Shown piece after piece: positions 52,718-64,000 of a DNA stretch of 64,000 nt; the stretch's first letter is position 1, and every line of letters starts with the position of its first letter. Below the pieces are notes generated by a model, which searched no databases, was not told where the DNA came from, and worked only from the letters and a program-made list of their open reading frames with translations. A program made the position numbers and the translations under genes. This DNA is from Amoeboaphelidium protococcarum X5 (taxonomy: Eukaryota; Fungi; Aphelidiomycota): positions 99,413-163,412 of the forward strand of contig JALDTO010000135.1 in NCBI GenBank assembly GCA_023515725.1, in the 5' to 3' direction.

Positions 52718-53914
52718 TCAAGCAGCACTTGAGGTTAGTCTTTGGCTTTGTAATAACGCGACCAGTTCATCTACCTGAGCAGAAGATTTCGCTTATGCGT
52801 CTAAAGGCAACTTAAACTGCGCCTGGACAGTCTTGATCTACTTTTACAGAGCACACACCTACTCCGCAGCGTATTAGAACGCAGGATTCAGTTCCAAGGT
52901 GGATGCAAAGTACTTGCGGCTTAACGAGATGGTATCACAATAAGTCTGTGCCACTTTAGTATCACTCAATGTACCAGCAGGCTAAGATTAAACGATTAAA
53001 TCAGCCTTCTTGCGCAAGAGTTCTCCATACAGAGTGCAGTACAGGTAATTCAATGGCCTCAGCACAATCAACTCTTCCACGCAATACATTGCCAGGTCGA
53101 TAAAAGATAAACTATCCGCAGTCGATTAATCTCCACCCACCATTTTCTTACAGTATAGGGAACACAATAACATCCAAATCTCAGGATCAGATGGGAAAAT
53201 GTCCAGCATCGACACTAACAACTAAATCGCAGAGTCTGTATCGCCACATTAACTTCTCTACTTCATCGCCTGCTGCACCAAATGAACAGGAATCTGCAAA
53301 GTCTAATCCAAGTCAAACGTCAAAACTTCCTTATCCTATTATGACTATTTCGCTTTGCTCTTGGTACTTTGAGAATTCTAAGTTGCAGTTTTGGTTTTAG
53401 TTATAGAATCATAAATACCGTAAGCCTCACTCCATTACTACTTTGACTCGTACAACTTGACTTTGAGCAACTTTACACGAACACTGCTGACTGAGAACTT
53501 TGATTCCAGCGCTTATAGCCACTTGCTAGCTTATTTATAATACTTTTCATCGCCGCTTCCACTACCTAGTTAATAGCATCTTAGAGCAGCGATGATGCCC
53601 TACTCGTAAATGTCATACAACAAAGACGCGTCAACAAGCAGCGAACTCATAGCATTACCCAGAACTACCACAGCGCAATCGTAAATCATCTCACATGACA
53701 CCCCAAAGTGGAAAGTAATGTCTCCCAGTAGATCCAGCACTTGTTCATTCTCAGCCTTAAAACTAGAAATGTCTTTCACATGCTTCCAAAGTGGACTACT
53801 TTCAGGCAATGTCGGCAACTGTCCAGTGGCAACTTACTTCTCAAGCAGTCGCTGGTCTTTCAATAGCTGAAGACTTCCTGTAACATTCGATGGTAGGAAT
53901 AATGAAGCCAACAT
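52718..53914 (-). CDS. EMC2: ER membrane complex subunit 2 (TPR), 398 aa
   Basis: YDIYEQGIIAAL; KFSVSSVRVKLL; LDIFPSDPEIW; AMYCVEELIVLRPLNYLY; LSRKYFASTLELNP. Confidence 0.8.
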
Positions 53915-54550
53915 TTCAATATTAACTTTTCAGCTTTTAATAATATACGTTCAAGTTGACGATTAGATCAGATTGGAGTGAAGAGAGAGGAGAGTTAGGC
54001 GAGATGAATTTCTACAGCAAACACGAATTCCCTGTTGAGATCACGCAAGAGTAATAAAGTTTGTAGTTACATGGGATATTAAGTTGCCGATCTGATGGGA
54101 CAGAATATAAATTTTATTAATGAAGCTTATCATAAAAATTAGATAAGAAGGTTTTTTGAAACATAAAGCTAGTTCACTTGGAGATTGACTTAGTTTGAAG
54201 ATCATGACAGTAACCCAATCTGATCTCAGTATATCTTCCTCTCTCTGCTGTAACTTTCCCGCTGCCTCTTTGTTAAATTTAAGTAAAACGTTTCAAGTCT
54301 TAAATCCTAGACACGCGTAATAGTGAAGTAGCGGTCATATTCTCATCAAAGAGGACGCGCGTGTGCGCCATCTCAATTTTATTCTTCGCACGGCCGGCTG
54401 TCACGTTACACGGAGGCAGGCAGCTTTTTTAGAATCTCGGCTCGTATTATCGAAATATACCATCACTCGTGTTGTCCCTATTCAGATTCATACAATTTTA
54501 TCGATTGATTAATTCTATTCACAATTGACATTATTATTATTATTCCGTGG

Positions 54551-55975
54551 ATGACTCTGTAAAAGAAGGGCTTGGAGGATTTGCAGGTATCGCCTCAATA
54601 GAAGTAGTAGCATTAGGAAACGGGAGTAGAGAATAGCTCGAGTTACTAGTAGAATGACAGCGATTTGGCGCAGACATCTCGTGATTAATAGCCAGCTTAA
54701 TAATAGTAATAGTTTAAGGCCACTGTGGATGAGGTTGTGAATAGCGTAAAGTAAGAGTAGAAAAGTGGAAATATGGTGAGAAAGTATCTGTATGCCATCC
54801 TGATTGTCATGTTCGCCGTTAACTGTGTAAAGTATGTAAAGCAGAATTACTGCGCCGTGGGAAATCCGAATCCCATCTGCTAGAATATTTAATCTGCACG
54901 TATTTCGCTGAAGTAATTCATTTCTCTATCCTACCCAGTGCTTAATACCATTACAGATTAATCATATAATCATAACTTGGATGATCAAGGCGTGTTGTTT
55001 TAGAAAGGTCCTTATGACATCTTGTTTGTGCTGGGCTGGATTGCTATTATTACGCTGCTGTAAAAGACTCTCACGCTCGGACTGCACACGTTTGCTTTTC
55101 ATCGTGTCAAAGTGGCTTCAAGTGGGGCAAGTCCTTAGAAAGCAACAACATCTGTAATCCAGAATGAGTTAATTAAAGCTCAAGTCTCAGTGAGATCAGC
55201 CATGGCAAGTCGATTTGCTGAATAGTCTTATCTGTTTATTTATTATGTATGTTCCCTGTCGATGGGTTTGTACATATGGTCTCGTGAGAAATATTATCCA
55301 TTCAACTTGCGAGAGTGCTGGACTGATTACCCGGTGTATTAGTTGCCTAGCCTGATAAAATGGTACTATTTGGTGCAAGCATCCTTTTGGTTGCAATAAT
55401 TGTCATAGTTTCTATTCTTTACGGAGAGTCATGAGCGTAGAAAGGATCACTGGGCCATGACTGCGCATCATGGTATTACGTCTATGCTTGTCCTTAGTTC
55501 ATACCTCTTCCATTTTACGCGTATTGGTAATGTTGTCCTTATAGTCATGGATGCAGCGGATGTCTTTCTCTGTGCTGCCAAGTCGCTCAAGTATCTGTTG
55601 GATAAAAAGTATTAGTTCATCTGTGATATTCTATTTGGCTTGTTCACCGTTGTATGGCTAGTGACCAGGCATATTTTATACTACTTTATAGTGCGAACAA
55701 TCTACGTGGATGCTGTTGATATCTTGAAGAATGTCGAATGGAATCCGTACATGGTTAGAGCAACGTTTGCGATCGATCAGCAGTCATCATCATAGATTGA
55801 TCATAGTAAGCCTGGCGCATATTTCTCTGTTGGCACATGGATCTTCTTTCTGACTCTATTCGTCCTGCTGTAGTCTCTTCTCATATATTGGTTCTTGCTT
55901 ATCGTAAAAGTGGTCACGAAAGTTATTAAAGGCACCGGTGCAGAGGATGTCCGCGAAGATGAAGAGGATGATTGA
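54551..55975 (+). CDS. Ceramide synthase (Lag1/Lac1 TLC domain)
   Basis: Lag1p motif RKDHWAMTAHHGIT..FTRIGNVVLIVMDAADVFLCAAKSLKY; end EDVREDEEDD*. Alternative start at 54773. Confidence 0.93.
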
Positions 55976-56444
55976 TTCTCAATTGCTTTCAATGGGGGTA
56001 TAAAGTCAGTTAAGTTGCATTCGTAATCTTTAAGCTTTCCTAATGCATTTTTTTCTTCATTTTATTCGGTACAAGTCCTAAATATTTATGCAACTTATAC
56101 TATATTGCCGACAAAGCGAGCGATCCTTTTTTAATGCAGTAAATCGTCTGGTAAATTAGTATAGAGAAACGTGGCTTTACTGTAAGACACTCCGGTCCTT
56201 TCTACTGCTCGCCTGTTCGCTCACACTATTAAAGTAACGCGCGCTCTCTCTCTGCAGTTGTGTTTAGCGGTCGCTCTTTCGTCAAAACTCTCTCGTGTGC
56301 TTTCCTTCTTATTCCTCTGTCTCTTTCTCATTCAATAAGTTGACTTGAACTAGCTGTAGGTTGTTATTATTAATTTAAACTCTATTCATCTACTGGTTTT
56401 AGATTAAACTTTTGTTTTAGAGTTACTTAATATTTCAGTTTAAT

Positions 56445-58763
<2,319 letters not shown>

Positions 58764-58845
58764 AAATTCTGCACTCATTTGAACAAAGTTGAATTGATAC
58801 ACTGTCAGGAATATAAGGATATCTTATGATTGACCGCGTATTGAT

Positions 58846-59106
58846 ATGATTAATAATGACTATCTTCTACAGACAGTTTCCAGGTTGATCGTTTCAGCTA
58901 AAACCTTTCCGTTTCACTTTAGAGAACGCGTCTGGGCGTTGTTTCATCTCATTGACTATTTTCTCTTCTTCGTTTGCGCTCTCCCGCCTGGCTGATGTGA
59001 GATGATTAATAATGACTATCGTTTACAGACATTCTCCAGGTTGATCGTTTCAGCCAAAACCTTTCGGTTTTACACCTGAAGAACGCGTCTGATATTGTTT
59101 CATCTC
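58846..59106. repeat. Diverged direct repeat (about 105-bp unit, about 156-bp period) upstream of kinesin-13
   Basis: ATGATTAATAATGACTATC..TCCAGGTTGATCGTTTCAGC.AAAACCTTTC..GAACGCGTCTG..TTGTTTCATCTC at 58846-58950 and 59002-59106. Confidence 0.9.
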
Positions 59107-59334
59107 TCTGTGTCTCTTTTCTCATTTTCATCTGCTCCCCTAAATGTTTGAAACGTTTCAAGTCTGTCGCGCTCGTTTCCTCTTTTCTCTTCTTTACTCG
59201 CACTGTCTTACATGAAAATACTGTAGTTCTCTCACATTCACACTAACATACATTTCACTCACTCTATTGTATAACATTTGCAGATAGTCACCTCTTGTAT
59301 TAACACTTAATTCTGAATCAACATCTGGAATAAT

Positions 59335-61875
<2,541 letters not shown>

Positions 61876-62067
61876 ATGCCTTAATATGATTAATTATCTC
61901 AGCATTCTTATTTCTATTTTATTGACTTAAAGTTGTTACCACTATTGGAATTTTTACGATGTATTTTTAAACTCGAATTTTCATTCCATTTTGAAATCTG
62001 ATCATCGCTCAGACAATTGGACTTGGTAGGTACTCTTTCTACTTAAGTTAAACATTTACTGGCGATT

Positions 62068-64000
62068 ATGGGTAAAGGTTAGGAAGCCAAATCAAACTAT
62101 CAGTAGTAATCCTACCTTAGGTATTAGCTATCGTTGAACTGCGGAAGTTTACCCCATGGGTACGCGTTGCTTCTGGCTCAAGTAGATAAGACTGTCAAAT
62201 CACGGCAATCATCATCATAATCTTCGTCATCAACATCAACATCAAGTGTTCGAAAGGCAAAGCGAAATGGTATTAATGGTAAAGATAAGCAAAAGTAGTA
62301 ATAGTCGTAGCAAGATTTATCTTTAGCTGCCTGCGAAAAGCATCTTAAACTGGCATCACGTAATGACAATAGTAGCAAAGGACAGTTTGGATTAGACATG
62401 AGTGGTATGCGATTGTTCCGTCTGAGTCCTAGCATTTACTCCTATGTTGATCAGTTGCAAGTTTTAAATTTGGGTCATAATCAATTTAGTGAATTTCCGT
62501 CAGCGATATTGCAGTTAAAGTAATTAAGAGTGTTAGATTTATCTTCCAACTAGATCAGGTAGATTCCTTTTGAGATTTTCAAGTTGGGTCAACTGGTGGA
62601 GTTTTGGATCTTTGACAATAGCCTCGCTGATATTCCGGTGACCATTGGCCTATTGCCGCGACTCTAATTTCTAGGCGTTGAAGGTAATCAACAGCTAAAT
62701 AGGATTTATGTGGATATGTTATACCGACTCGGTACTGAGGGACTGGTTGCTCAGCTCAGAGACTCTCTTCCTCAAGAACTTCTGATCCCATACATGTATC
62801 CTGTGCGCCGATGGATTTAAATCTCCCCCGCGCGTCAAGATCCATTCTAGGCCTCGTTCAGAGTTATCACCTTCAACATATTGAGTGAGAGATATGCGAA
62901 AATGGACAGGTACTGGCACTCGCCATAATCTGTGGTTGACTTCAAGTATAGATGGCCCCGTATTGAATTCACCTTGCGCGCACTATCTCAAGATTACAGG
63001 GAGAATGGCATCATCATATGCTTACAGGAGATTGAAAGTTCTGTATGGTAGTAAAAGTTTTTTGGTGGTTGGATAAGTGCAGAATCTTCAGAATTCGTAT
63101 GTGCTCACTTGATGTAGGAAGGTGACGCAAAGTGTAGACCACTTTAATTTGAAGACTCGCTGTGGGATGGACTATTTATGCCCAAGTCGCGATGGAGATT
63201 TCTGTCAGTGTAGAAGAGATACAATAACAATTAATCCTCCTCTTCTAATCTACATCAAAACTCTGATGGTTAAACGGACGCTGCAAACAACAAAAGTAAT
63301 GACAATAATAATCGGCTGCCTGGATCTGATGGTTGTTCTATATTGTGGAATACTTAATTTTTTTAACGATTAGACATGAAGCCATTCACTGCCGAGTTCT
63401 CCCGCCTGGCTCTAAATAGAAATGACTTTGTGAAGAGTGATATTCTATTCCAGAGATTTGTGAGTAAGGACAATATAGCTGTTGGTTGTGTCTTGCAGTC
63501 AATGGTCAATAGAGACAAGTTCATATTCATAGTGAATGTTCATATACATTGGGATCCTCAGTTTGCGGATGTTAAATTCGTCTAGAGTGTAATGCTGTTG
63601 GATGAGATGAAAAAGTATTATCAGTTGGTATTGCAGAAGTTTCCACACATCCAGGATATTGATATGGTTCTTACTGGAGATTTTAACTCACTACCAACCA
63701 GTCTAGTGTATGCCTATGTCACATCGTCTGATGATGGGGTATGTAATATTGGGGAGCACAAAGATATGGCGCCATGCTTCGGTGACACAACACCGCCTGT
63801 CCAAGTGAAAAGCACAGACAGCATTCCCAGTTAGAATGAAGTGGTGGGCGATGGTCAAGGCACTGATGAGATACAGAATTTGAATACTGATGAGGTTGAT
63901 AGTGATGGTGATGTGGATCCAGATACGGAGTCACAGCAATGTATTAAAAAGTTTCGTAATTGGAAAGAGTCTGATTATGGCAGGATATCAAGCAGTGACT
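62068..64000 (+). CDS. CCR4: CCR4/CNOT6 deadenylase (LRR + EEP); runs off the 3' end of the window
   Basis: LRRs (LQVLNLGHNQF, LRVLDLSSNQI); FRVITFNILSERYA; ICLQEIE; KDNIAV; NVHIHWDPQFADVK; TGDFNSLP. Confidence 0.93.

Overview
Gene-dense eukaryotic, fungus-like (holomycotan) genomic DNA that does not use the standard code. TAA and TAG occur in frame throughout conserved genes at positions where orthologues have Gln, and every complete gene I traced ends in TGA (translation table 6). The supplied standard-code ORF track is therefore badly fragmented, and I re-read the genes by hand. A fungal-type gene set combined with TAR=Gln fits the aphelid Amoeboaphelidium protococcarum (an inference, not a database match). 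About 30 genes are present, mostly housekeeping: UGDH, ZNF598/Hel2, ADA2, YAF9, VAM7, MscS-like, RNF10, SPP, BCAT, SEC59, PUS1, PSMA2, PPCS, NT5C3, Seb1/Nrd1, EMC2, ceramide synthase, SEC23, kinesin-13, CCR4. Main points of interest: (1) three clustered LIM-domain genes, two of which end in WH2-central-acidic(W) modules, suggesting a LIM-type Arp2/3 nucleation-promoting factor family; (2) all 11 inferred introns end in TGTAG; (3) a secreted/effector-like island with an App1-like phosphatase, a subtilisin, a frameshifted Crinkler-like gene and a possible tyrosine-recombinase remnant; (4) a decayed HNH nuclease gene; (5) DONSON-like and GDAP1-like genes; (6) two unexplained diverged tandem duplications in intergenic DNA.
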